Shown here in pieces: positions 10,128 through 19,397 of a stretch of 64,000 nucleotides of DNA. How positions within the stretch are numbered: position 1 is the first letter of the stretch; the number at the start of each line of letters is the position of its first letter. The translations under genes and the position numbers were made by a program. The notes under the pieces are model-generated. The model saw nothing but the letters and a program-made list of their open reading frames with translations, did not search any database and was not told where the DNA came from. This DNA is from Candidatus Woesebacteria bacterium (GTDB lineage: Bacteria > Patescibacteriota > Microgenomatia > UBA12405): the NCBI GenBank assembly GCA_035402805.1, contig DAONDY010000001.1, positions 253,672 to 317,671 on the forward strand, written 5' to 3'.

Positions 10128-11231
10128 TTAAACAACTTTTTCCCACGGATATTCTTCATATCCAAAATGACCATACTTAGCCGTATTTTTATATATTGGT
10201 CTTTTTAAATCTAAACCATTAATAATTCCTTTAACCGACAAATCGATTAATTTCCAAGCAAATTCTTCAATCTCTTTTAAATCTTTTTTAGCTGTTTCAA
10301 AAGTTTCAATTGATTTAGAAATCGGATCTCTTTGACCAATTGCATAAGCTAATTGAACTTCACATCTATCAGCTAATCCAGCCGCCACAATATTCTTAGC
10401 GATATATCTAGCCGCATAAGCCCCACTTCTATCAACTTTTGTTGGATCTTTTCCGGAAAAACAACCACCGCCAATTCTTCCCATACCACCATATGTATCA
10501 ACTATAATTTTCCTACCAGTCAATCCAGTATCCGATGCTGGCCCACCAATTTCCCATTGACCAGTACCATTAAAGATAATTTGATTAATATCCAATTTAT
10601 TTAAATTATATTTTTTCAAAACTGGTAAAATTGCCAACTCGTATAAATGTTTTTTTACTTCATCTTTATTTATTTTTGGATCAAATGGTTTAGCTAAAAC
10701 TATTTTTTCCACTTTTATTACTTTTCCATTTTTATAACTCACACCCACCTCAGCTTTTCCATCTGGTCTTAAATAATTTAATTCTTTAAATTGTAATTCG
10801 TCCATCTTTCGACATAATTCATGTGATAAAACAATTGGCAATGGCATTAATTGTGGAGTCTCATTACAAGCATATCCAAACATCATCCCCTGATCGCCAG
10901 CTCCATCATTATCAGCTCCAATGGCAATATCACGAGATTGTTCATGAACCGCCACATCAAAAAAAGCATCTTTAGTAAAACCCAATTCTGGTTTGTTATA
11001 ACCTAGATTTTCTATCACTTTTTGGGCAATTTTTTTGTAATTTAATTTTGATTGGCTTGTCACTTCTCCTGCCATAGTTACTTTATTGGCAGTTACCAAA
11101 GTCTCTACGGCTACTCTAGAATTAACATCTAAACTTAAGGCTGCGTCTAAGACAGCATCAGAAATCTGGTCACAAATTTTATCTGGATGACCAGCACAAA
11201 CAGATTCGGAAACGAAAAAGGGATATTTCAT
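10128..11231 (-). CDS. metK: Methionine adenosyltransferase
   Basis: GHPDK, GAGDQG and GGGCFSGKDPTKVDRS motifs. Confidence 0.97.
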   Translation of the reverse strand: MKYPFFVSESVCAGHPDKICDQISDAVLDAALSLDVNSRVAVETLVTANKVTMAGEVTSQSKLNYKKIAQKVIENLGYNKPELGFTKDAFFDVAVHEQSRDIAIGADNDGAGDQGMMFGYACNETPQLMPLPIVLSHELCRKMDELQFKELNYLRPDGKAEVGVSYKNGKVIKVEKIVLAKPFDPKINKDEVKKHLYELAILPVLKKYNLNKLDINQIIFNGTGQWEIGGPASDTGLTGRKIIVDTYGGMGRIGGGCFSGKDPTKVDRSGAYAARYIAKNIVAAGLADRCEVQLAYAIGQRDPISKSIETFETAKKDLKEIEEFAWKLIDLSVKGIINGLDLKRPIYKNTAKYGHFGYEEYPWEKVV

Positions 11232-11256
11232 ATTTTTCCTTTAATTAATTAATAAA

Positions 11257-11353
11257 GGCTTGTCTACTTCACGATGATTGAAGTACTAGCACCGCGACCC
11301 CTTTTGGGCTCGGTTGCTGTTCCCAATTTTCATTGGGGATCTCTTGACAAAGC
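11257..11353 (-). ncRNA. SAM-I-family riboswitch (variant) in the metK leader
   Basis: The minus strand reads CUUUGUCAAGAG..CAGCAACC..GGUGCUA..AGACAAG, with core motifs and a closing P1 helix, 26 nt upstream of metK. Confidence 0.8.
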
Positions 11354-11398
11354 AATTTTATATTAAAGTAATTTTTAAAAATTTTCAACTTGATAATT

Positions 11399-12358
11399 TT
11401 ACAAACTTTTCAACTTTCCTTTCGTCTCTTGATCAAAAAATGACAACACACCTCCAAACAAAGCATTGATTATTCCTAAAATTCCCAAAAATGTCGACAT
11501 TAATAAAATACTTTCGTTTGAGCCTCCGGCCTGAGAAAAGAAAAACAAAAACAACTGTTCTCTGGCTCCAAAACCACCAATTGAAATCGGTAAAACTAAA
11601 ATCATTGAAATGATAGTCATAAAGGCAAAAATCGAAAAAATACTAATGCCAACCCCAAATTTCCAGCTAATAAACCATGCCTGCAAAATCCAAATTGTCT
11701 CGCTCATTAAAGAAATCAAAAGACATTTAATAATTTTTTTCTTATTTTCACTAGTTAATGAATCAAAAGCATCATCTAATTTGTGTAAAAAAGTAACTTT
11801 AGGCAAAAATTTTGATGCATCAAAAAAATAAATTACTAAATAAACCAATAAACAAAGAATTGTTAATACCACCAATAAATAAAAAATATAATCTGGAATA
11901 TTTATGCCTTTTTTTCTACTTACAACAGCCGAAATTAACGCCAAAAACATAAACATTGAAAATCCAATAAATCTATCTAATATTATTGATCCTAATACTT
12001 TAGTTTTTGGAATTTCTGAATATTTACGATCAATCACTATCCACTTCAACACATCGCCAGCTGCTGAAGTTGGAAAAATTAAAGAATAATATGAAGCTAA
12101 AAAACTTGCTCTAGTAAAAGTTAATATTGTTTTAATTTTTATTTTTGGAAACAAAAGTAAACTCCATCTAACCGAAATTAAAAACACTATAAAAAAACTA
12201 ATAATTATATTGCTTATCACAAACCATAAAGGTACTTCCCTTAAATTTTTAAAAAGACTTACTATATCAACCTTTCTAAAAGCAAAATAAATTAAAACCA
12301 CCGAAAATGTTATCCTGAAAAGTTTAGAAGTAAAAATTTTCTTAAAAATCTTTAACAT
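11399..12358 (-). CDS. Lysylphosphatidylglycerol synthase TM-domain (flippase-like) protein
   Basis: RW..LL, PTSAAGD, DRFIG and PISIGGFGARE motifs. Confidence 0.8.
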   Translation of the reverse strand: MLKIFKKIFTSKLFRITFSVVLIYFAFRKVDIVSLFKNLREVPLWFVISNIIISFFIVFLISVRWSLLLFPKIKIKTILTFTRASFLASYYSLIFPTSAAGDVLKWIVIDRKYSEIPKTKVLGSIILDRFIGFSMFMFLALISAVVSRKKGINIPDYIFYLLVVLTILCLLVYLVIYFFDASKFLPKVTFLHKLDDAFDSLTSENKKKIIKCLLISLMSETIWILQAWFISWKFGVGISIFSIFAFMTIISMILVLPISIGGFGAREQLFLFFFSQAGGSNESILLMSTFLGILGIINALFGGVLSFFDQETKGKLKSL

Positions 12359-12396
12359 AAGCTAATTATTAGGATAACACGAAGTATAATTACTAA

Positions 12397-13575
12397 ATGA
12401 GGATTTTATTATTAAGTCACATTTTTCCCAAAGCCATTGATGGGGGATCAAAGGTTATTTACAAACTTGGCCAATATTTTGAATCCCAGCAACATCAAAC
12501 CCTTTACATTTCCTCTGATTGTTCCAGCACCGATGATTTTGTCAAAAAAATCCAACATACCAGCCCACCAATAAACCAAAAAATTATAAAACTCCCTGTT
12601 TATCACCATCTTCGCCGTCCATTAAAATTTTTAAATCTATTTTTAAAATCAGATTTTTTAAAAGTTCTTCAAAAAGGACCAATTTTTAAAATTATTCCAT
12701 TTATAAAAACTGTAATCAAAATTATTAAATTCAATCCAGATTTAATCGTCGCCGGACCTCTTCCTACCACCATTGTCCTTTATGGTAATTTTTTCAAAAA
12801 AATAACCAAATCAAAATTATTAATCAATTCTTCATTTCATCCAACTGACTTCGATTTTCAACAAAAACCTTTAATCAAATCTCTCCAATCCGCCAATTTT
12901 TTATGGACTCTTACCCAATTCGAAACCGATTATTTTATTAAAAATTTTAATATTGATCCTAAAAAAATTATCCTCGCCGGCAATGGAGTTGATTCTAATT
13001 TTCTGTTAAAAAGATCTAAAATAACTACTAATAAACCCACTACTAATTTATTGTTTATCGGTTCTCTTTCCGCCCATAAACGTGTTGATCTTCTTATCCA
13101 ATCTTTTTCTAATTTTATTTCCCCAAAAATTTCTCTAACTATTGCCGGTCAAAAAACTCTTTTTTACCCTCAAATCGAAAAATTGGTCAATTCTCTTGAT
13201 CCAAAAATAAAATCCCAAATTAAATTTATTTTCGACTTTCCTCAAAACGATTTAATTAATCTTATTGATAATTGTGATGTTTTAGTTTTTCCCTCAATCC
13301 AGGAAAGTTTTGGATTAGTGGTCATTGAAAGTTGGGCCAGACAAAAACCAGTAATTTGTGCCGATATTCCAGCCCTAAAAGAACTGGTAACTAAATCAAA
13401 TGGAGGATTATTATTCAAAACCGACGATCAAACTGATCTAGCTAAAAAAATTGAATTTATTTTTAATCATCCCAAAAAAGCAAAAGAATTGGGGAAAAAT
13501 GGTTACGAATATGTTAAAAATAACTATACTTGGAAAAAAGTAGGAGACAAAATATGTCAAAAAATATTATTTTAA
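12397..13575 (+). CDS. Glycosyltransferase family 4
   Basis: ESFGLVVIESWA..PVI motif. Confidence 0.9.
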   Translation: MRILLLSHIFPKAIDGGSKVIYKLGQYFESQQHQTLYISSDCSSTDDFVKKIQHTSPPINQKIIKLPVYHHLRRPLKFLNLFLKSDFLKVLQKGPIFKIIPFIKTVIKIIKFNPDLIVAGPLPTTIVLYGNFFKKITKSKLLINSSFHPTDFDFQQKPLIKSLQSANFLWTLTQFETDYFIKNFNIDPKKIILAGNGVDSNFLLKRSKITTNKPTTNLLFIGSLSAHKRVDLLIQSFSNFISPKISLTIAGQKTLFYPQIEKLVNSLDPKIKSQIKFIFDFPQNDLINLIDNCDVLVFPSIQESFGLVVIESWARQKPVICADIPALKELVTKSNGGLLFKTDDQTDLAKKIEFIFNHPKKAKELGKNGYEYVKNNYTWKKVGDKICQKILF

Positions 13576-14009
13576 TTTTTACTCCGGTTTTAATAATTAT
13601 TGCCGGTATTTTAATTTGGCGTTTATTTTTTTATTTACCAACCTCTAATTTTATTAAAATCAAAATTGCCGACACTGATTACAAAATTGAATTAGCCAAA
13701 ACTTCATCTCAAAAAATAAAAGGATTATCAGATAGAGAGTCTCTTTGTCCAAAATGCGGTATGCTTTTTATTTTTGGCTTTGAAACTGACCTGCCTTTTT
13801 GGATGAAAAATACCCTTATTCCATTAGACATGATTTGGCTTGATAAAACCGGAAAAATTGTCGATATTAAAACGGCCACTGAAGTTAATTCCCAAAAAAT
13901 TTACACCAACCAGTCTCCAGCCCAATATGTTCTTGAATTAAATGCCAACGATTCTAAAAAATTAAACCTAAAAATAGGCGATATAATTTCATTACCAAAT
14001 ACTTTATAA
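13554..14009 (+). CDS. DUF192 family protein
   Basis: GL..R..GMLFIF..FWMKNTLIPLDMIW..YVLELNA. AGGAGA SD before ATG 13554. Confidence 0.85.
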   Translation: MSKNIILIFTPVLIIIAGILIWRLFFYLPTSNFIKIKIADTDYKIELAKTSSQKIKGLSDRESLCPKCGMLFIFGFETDLPFWMKNTLIPLDMIWLDKTGKIVDIKTATEVNSQKIYTNQSPAQYVLELNANDSKKLNLKIGDIISLPNTL

Positions 14010-14026
14010 CTTTAAAAACTTTAAAC

Positions 14027-15007
14027 TTGACAAACTTCTCTATTATCATTCCAAACTACAACGGTGGTCAATTTTTATCTGAATGTCTCAATTCACTTCT
14101 CTTAAGCATTCATAATTGTCCCGAATCTCAATTTGAAATAATTTTAATTGACAACAATTCACACGATAACAGTATTGAAATATTCGAAAATATCGTTCCT
14201 AAAAGTTTCCATTATCGAATTTTATTAAATCCTAAAAATTATGGATTTGCTAAAGCGGTCAACCAAGGTATTAAAAAAGCTAAATATAAATATGTCGTCC
14301 TTTTAAATAATGATCTAACTATGGAAAAAAACTGGTTTAAATTAATCAACCAAACCATTAAAAATAATAAAAACCCTAAAATAGGCACTTTCTTTGGCAC
14401 TGTTCTTACTAAAGATGGCACTAAATTTGAATCTCAAGGTTTAGAATTTTTCTATCGAGGCAAAGCCAAAAACATTTCCAATGGAAAAAATTTCACCCCA
14501 TCCTTGTCAAAGGAGGAGACAGGGGGTGGATTAGTTTGGGGAGCCTCTGCCGCTTTAGTTGTTTATAAAAAAAACATTTTAGAAGAAATCGGCCTCTTTG
14601 ATGATGATTTTTTTGCCTATGAGGAAGATGTTGATCTGGCTCTCCGACTCCATAATTTAAAATATCAAACTCTCTATATTCCTCAAGCCATCTCTTACCA
14701 CTTAGGTGGGGGAACTAGTAATAAAATGGGTATTTTTAGAAACAAAATGGACGCTAAAAATTGGATTTATATCATTGTCAAAAATTTTTCTTCAAAAGAA
14801 ATATTAAAAAATCTATTTTCAATAACAGAAGAGCGATTAAGAAACCTGTCTGGACTATGTAAACAAACAATTCGTATTTATAAAATAAAATCTTTTTTTT
14901 ATCTACCCTATGTCTTAATTTCCACCTATGGTGAAGTTCTTTTAAAATTACCCAAAATGTTTAAAAAGCGAAAAGCTATCCAAAAATTGGTAAAATTACA
15001 TAATTAA
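14027..15007 (+). CDS. Glycosyltransferase family 2
   Basis: SIIIPNYN, DNNS, NYGFAKAVNQG, LLNND and YEEDVD motifs; TTG start. Confidence 0.9.
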   Translation: MTNFSIIIPNYNGGQFLSECLNSLLLSIHNCPESQFEIILIDNNSHDNSIEIFENIVPKSFHYRILLNPKNYGFAKAVNQGIKKAKYKYVVLLNNDLTMEKNWFKLINQTIKNNKNPKIGTFFGTVLTKDGTKFESQGLEFFYRGKAKNISNGKNFTPSLSKEETGGGLVWGASAALVVYKKNILEEIGLFDDDFFAYEEDVDLALRLHNLKYQTLYIPQAISYHLGGGTSNKMGIFRNKMDAKNWIYIIVKNFSSKEILKNLFSITEERLRNLSGLCKQTIRIYKIKSFFYLPYVLISTYGEVLLKLPKMFKKRKAIQKLVKLHN

Positions 15008-15009
15008 AT

Positions 15010-16146
15010 ATGATTATTGGTATTGATATTTCTTCTATTCCCTACAAAACTGGTGTCAGTAGCTACACTCTAAATTTAGTCAGAAATCTTCTTAAAATCG
15101 ATAAAGTAAATACTTACAAACTTTTTTATTCTTCCATGCGCCTTCCTTTACCAGAAGAAATCATTGAACTCAAAAAAAATCATTCTAATTTAAAAATTTA
15201 TCAATTTAAACTACCTCCGACTTTACTTCAAATTTTATGGAATCAATTACGGCTCTTTCCAATTGAACTTTTTATCGGCAAGTGTCATCTTTTTCATACT
15301 TCAGATTGGACTCAGCCACCGACTATAAAGGCCAAAACTATTGCCACTGTCCACGATTTAACTCCATTTCTATATCCACAATGGCACCAAAAAAAGGTCA
15401 TTGTGGCTCATAAAAATAAAATGCGTTTGGCAGTAAAAAAATGTTCTAAATTAATTAGTGTTTCTCAAAACACTAAAAATGATTTATTAAAAATATTTTC
15501 TCAAATTAATCCCCAAAAAATTGAAATAATTTATGAAGCCGCCGAAGAAAAATACGGAAAATTTATAAAACTATCTAAAGATGCTCAGCAAAAGAAAAGA
15601 GAGGCCATTAAAAAACAATATGATCTAGATAGATTTATACTCGCCCAAGGCACTCGTGAACCCCGAAAAAATTTAAAGAGATTGATAGATGCTTTTATTG
15701 CTTTTAAAGAAAAAAATCCCAATTGCCATGTTGATTTAGCCATCGCCGGTAAATACGGCTGGGGTCAGGATGTTGATGGTGTTAAAGATCCATCAGTAAA
15801 AATTCTTGGCTTTATTCCCGAAAAAGATATGGTCGCTCTCCATGCCAGTGCTCTTTGTTTAGCCTATCCCTCACTTTATGAAGGCTTTGGTTTACCTTTA
15901 GTCAAATCACTCAAAGTTGGTACACCTATAATTACCAGCAATATTTCTTCTATGCCTGAAGTCGGAGGTAAAGCTGCTCTTTATATTGACCCAACTTCAA
16001 CCGAAGACATAACTAAAGCTATTACCAAGATAATTAAATCGAGTGCCGTTAGAAATAAATTAACATCAGCCGGTTTAATTCAAGCCCAAAAATTTGATTG
16101 GCTTAAAACCGCCGAAGAAACCTTACAAGTTTATCAATCCCTATGA
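15010..16146 (+). CDS. Glycosyltransferase family 4
   Basis: EPRKN and YEGFGLP motifs. Confidence 0.9.
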   Translation: MIIGIDISSIPYKTGVSSYTLNLVRNLLKIDKVNTYKLFYSSMRLPLPEEIIELKKNHSNLKIYQFKLPPTLLQILWNQLRLFPIELFIGKCHLFHTSDWTQPPTIKAKTIATVHDLTPFLYPQWHQKKVIVAHKNKMRLAVKKCSKLISVSQNTKNDLLKIFSQINPQKIEIIYEAAEEKYGKFIKLSKDAQQKKREAIKKQYDLDRFILAQGTREPRKNLKRLIDAFIAFKEKNPNCHVDLAIAGKYGWGQDVDGVKDPSVKILGFIPEKDMVALHASALCLAYPSLYEGFGLPLVKSLKVGTPIITSNISSMPEVGGKAALYIDPTSTEDITKAITKIIKSSAVRNKLTSAGLIQAQKFDWLKTAEETLQVYQSL

Positions 16147-17261
16147 TTATTGGAATTGACGGTAATGAGGCTAATATAAAAAACCGGGTTGGTGTTGGCC
16201 AATATGCCTTTAATCTTCTAAAGAATCTTTATTTATTGGATAAAAAGAATCAATATATTATTTATCTCAAAAATCCTCCTCTTTCCGATCTACCAATAGA
16301 AACTAAAAACTGGCGTTATAAGGTATTTGGACCAAAAAAACTTTGGACGAAATTTTCCCTACCTATTCATCTTTTTACTCAATCAGAAAAGTTAAATCTT
16401 TTTTATTCTCCCAGTCATTATTCTCCTTCTTTTGCTCCTTGTCCCACCATTCCTACTATTCATGATTTAGGCTATCTTCAGTTTCAATCTCAATTTACCA
16501 AAAAAGATTTTTACCAACTAAAAAATTGGACTAAACAATCAATTAAAAAGGCCTCTCATATAATTACTGTCTCTGATTTTTCTAAAACCGAAATTGAAAA
16601 AACTTATAAAATCGATCCTAAAAAAATAACTATTGCCTACAATGGTGTTGTTGATGAACCATTCAAAATTAATATTAAAGATCAACAAAAGATTATTTCT
16701 TATTATCAGCTAACATCTAAAAAATATTACCTGTATTTAGGCACTCTTAAACCCAATAAAAACATTCCTTTTTTAATTAAATCTTTTGCTAAATATTTAA
16801 AAATAACTAACTCAAAAAACAAACTCGTCATTGCTGGAAAAAAGGGTTGGCTTTTTGATGAAATTTTTTCCACTGTCAAACAAGAAAGATTAGAAAAAAA
16901 TGTCGTCTTTACTGATTTTATTGACGATATTCAAAAAACAGTTCTTTATCAAAATACTCTAGCTCTAATTATGCCCAGTAGTTACGAAGGCTTTGGCATT
17001 CCTGTTATTGAAGCCATGAAATTAAATACCCCCGTAATCTCTAGCGATATCCCTCCATTAAAAGAGGTGATCCAAAATAATGGCTTTTTTTTCGATCCCA
17101 CCAACCAAGAACAATTAGTCAATCAATTAATTAAATTTGAAAATACTAGCCTTTCAGAAATCGAAAAGATAACCAAATTAGCTAAAGTCAGAGCTGACTT
17201 TTTTAATTGGGCTAACACTGCCAAATCAGTATTAAAAGTTTTTGAACAATTTCAAAAATAG
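16143..17261 (+). CDS. Glycosyltransferase family 4
   Basis: PNKN and YEGFGIPVIEAM motifs. Confidence 0.9.
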   Translation: MIIGIDGNEANIKNRVGVGQYAFNLLKNLYLLDKKNQYIIYLKNPPLSDLPIETKNWRYKVFGPKKLWTKFSLPIHLFTQSEKLNLFYSPSHYSPSFAPCPTIPTIHDLGYLQFQSQFTKKDFYQLKNWTKQSIKKASHIITVSDFSKTEIEKTYKIDPKKITIAYNGVVDEPFKINIKDQQKIISYYQLTSKKYYLYLGTLKPNKNIPFLIKSFAKYLKITNSKNKLVIAGKKGWLFDEIFSTVKQERLEKNVVFTDFIDDIQKTVLYQNTLALIMPSSYEGFGIPVIEAMKLNTPVISSDIPPLKEVIQNNGFFFDPTNQEQLVNQLIKFENTSLSEIEKITKLAKVRADFFNWANTAKSVLKVFEQFQK

Positions 17262-17313
17262 GTTTCACTAACTTTACAGCTTTATAAACTTTATAAACTT
17301 GATAAACTTAATT

Positions 17314-17907
17314 ATGAAAGATAGAACTGGTAAAAATCTAAGTCTTCAAGAAATTTGTCAAAAAATCTTCAACCGTTTTAAAACTATTTTACTTGAATTT
17401 TGGCTCATGATCCTTCGTTTTATTGGCTTTATTCCTATTCATACTATTAGAAAAATATTCTATATTGCCTCTGGAATAGACATGCCTTTTAACTCAACTA
17501 TTCACATTGGAGCTAATTTTTTTAAACCATCAAACATTAAAATTGGCCACGACACCATTATTGGTGACCATTGTTTTATGGATGGTCGGGCTAAATTAAC
17601 TATTGGTAACCATGTCGGAATTGCCAGCCAGGTCTTAATTTACAACGATGAACACGATATTAATTCTATTGATTATAGAAATTCTTTCGGCCCAGTTGAA
17701 ATCGGTGATTATGTTTTTATCGGCCCTCGATCCGTCATCTTACCTAATATTAAAATCGGCAAAGGTGCTGTCATCGCCGCTGGTGCTGTTGTCACCAAAG
17801 ATGTTCCCGAATTTGAAATTTGGGGTGGAGTTCCAGCCCAAAAAATAAGTGATAGAAAAAATAAAAACCCAAATTATAAACTCGGTCGTGCTATGTGGTT
17901 TCAATAA
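17314..17907 (+). CDS. Hexapeptide-repeat (LbH) O-acyltransferase
   Basis: IGDYVFIG..IGKGAVIAAGAVVTKDVP..GGVPA. ATG at 17314. Confidence 0.9.
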   Translation: MKDRTGKNLSLQEICQKIFNRFKTILLEFWLMILRFIGFIPIHTIRKIFYIASGIDMPFNSTIHIGANFFKPSNIKIGHDTIIGDHCFMDGRAKLTIGNHVGIASQVLIYNDEHDINSIDYRNSFGPVEIGDYVFIGPRSVILPNIKIGKGAVIAAGAVVTKDVPEFEIWGGVPAQKISDRKNKNPNYKLGRAMWFQ

Positions 17908-17908
17908 T

Positions 17909-18454
17909 ATGATTAAAAAAATATTAATCATTATTTTTTTTCTTTTTAATATTTTTGCTATTGTTTATTTAATTAGTCCTACACCAAATTTCCCCGATTT
18001 AGCCAACAGTGTTAAGTCTGATCTTCCTGGAGATACGGTCCAAATCGAAAATGTCTCCGCTTACTTTACCAACATGACCCGAACCGAAGTTATGAATTTC
18101 TATAAAGCTTACTACAGTGGCCCATTTAGAATCATCATTAATCATCCGCCAGAAAAAGCCCAGGAGCTTATTGTTAACACTCTTCAAAGTTATTATTTTG
18201 AAGAATTTATTTTACCTTTTAAAGAATCTTTATATATTAATGGATTCGAGTGGGAAAATAATGTTTTTACTAAACCAGAAAATAGAGACCAATTTAAAAT
18301 TATTTATAATGGCAAAGAATATAAATCTAAAATTACCCTGCGTCTTTATCCAACCTCTATTCCCAAAAGAATTTTTGCCTTTTTATTCACTGAATTTGTA
18401 GTTATATTTGCCTTTTACACCTATAAGTCATTTTTAAAAAAGAAACATGATTAA
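17909..18454 (+). CDS. Hypothetical membrane protein
   Basis: TM helices at both ends; coupled to neighbouring genes. ATG at 17909. Confidence 0.7.
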   Translation: MIKKILIIIFFLFNIFAIVYLISPTPNFPDLANSVKSDLPGDTVQIENVSAYFTNMTRTEVMNFYKAYYSGPFRIIINHPPEKAQELIVNTLQSYYFEEFILPFKESLYINGFEWENNVFTKPENRDQFKIIYNGKEYKSKITLRLYPTSIPKRIFAFLFTEFVVIFAFYTYKSFLKKKHD

Positions 18455-19397
18455 CCCGGTCCTTTCGATAATTATAATTTCTTATAATACCAGTGACATT
18501 ACTGTTAACTGTTTAAAATCCATATTTCAAGACAAAGGCCTTAAAGAAATTCCTTTTGAAATCATTATTATTGATAATAACTCTCAAGATGACAGTTTAA
18601 AAAAAATTAAAGAATTTCAAAAATCATTAAAAATTGGGAATTGGGAACTGAAAATTATAGAGAATAAATTCAATGGGGGATTTGGAAAAGCTAATAATCA
18701 AGGTTTAAAAATTGCTAAAGGTAACTATATTTTATTATTAAATTCTGACACTATTGTTCTTCATTCGGCCATCAGTCAAAGCCTTAATTGGTTATGTTCC
18801 CATCCTGAGGCTTCAGTTTGCACTGCTCAGCTATTAAATAAAGATAAAACCATCCAAGCATCTGGTGGATTTTTCCCCAATTTAATCAATGTTATTTCTT
18901 GGTGTTTGAATCTTGATGACCTTCCTTTTGTTAATAAAATGATTAAACCGCTCCATCCCCATACCCCTTATTTTTATACTCATGACAAATTTTATCTAAA
19001 AGATCATCAGCAAGATTGGGTCACTGGTGCTTTTATGATGATTAGGAATTCTCATTTAAAACCAACTAATGGCTTCGATGAAAATTATTTTATGTACGGC
19101 GAAGAAGTTGAATTGTCTTATCGTATCAAAAAAAATAATCCCCAAGGTCAAACTTGGTATTTAGTTGGTCCTCAAATTATTCATCTTGGTGGTGCTTCGG
19201 CTAAAAATAAGATAGATCCCATTCTCAATGAATATCTCGGAATTTTAACTTTTTTTAAAAAGCACAAAACTAGACTCGAATATAAAATTGTTAAACATTT
19301 AATTAAATTTAATGCTCTTAACCGCAGTGTTATATACTCTTTAAAGGGCAATAAACAAATTGCCTCTCTTTATCTTCAAACATGTTCAAAAATATAA
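18447..19397 (+). CDS. Glycosyltransferase family 2
   Basis: DNNSQD, GFGKANN, LLNSD and FMYGEEVE motifs. Confidence 0.9.
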   Translation: MINPVLSIIIISYNTSDITVNCLKSIFQDKGLKEIPFEIIIIDNNSQDDSLKKIKEFQKSLKIGNWELKIIENKFNGGFGKANNQGLKIAKGNYILLLNSDTIVLHSAISQSLNWLCSHPEASVCTAQLLNKDKTIQASGGFFPNLINVISWCLNLDDLPFVNKMIKPLHPHTPYFYTHDKFYLKDHQQDWVTGAFMMIRNSHLKPTNGFDENYFMYGEEVELSYRIKKNNPQGQTWYLVGPQIIHLGGASAKNKIDPILNEYLGILTFFKKHKTRLEYKIVKHLIKFNALNRSVIYSLKGNKQIASLYLQTCSKI

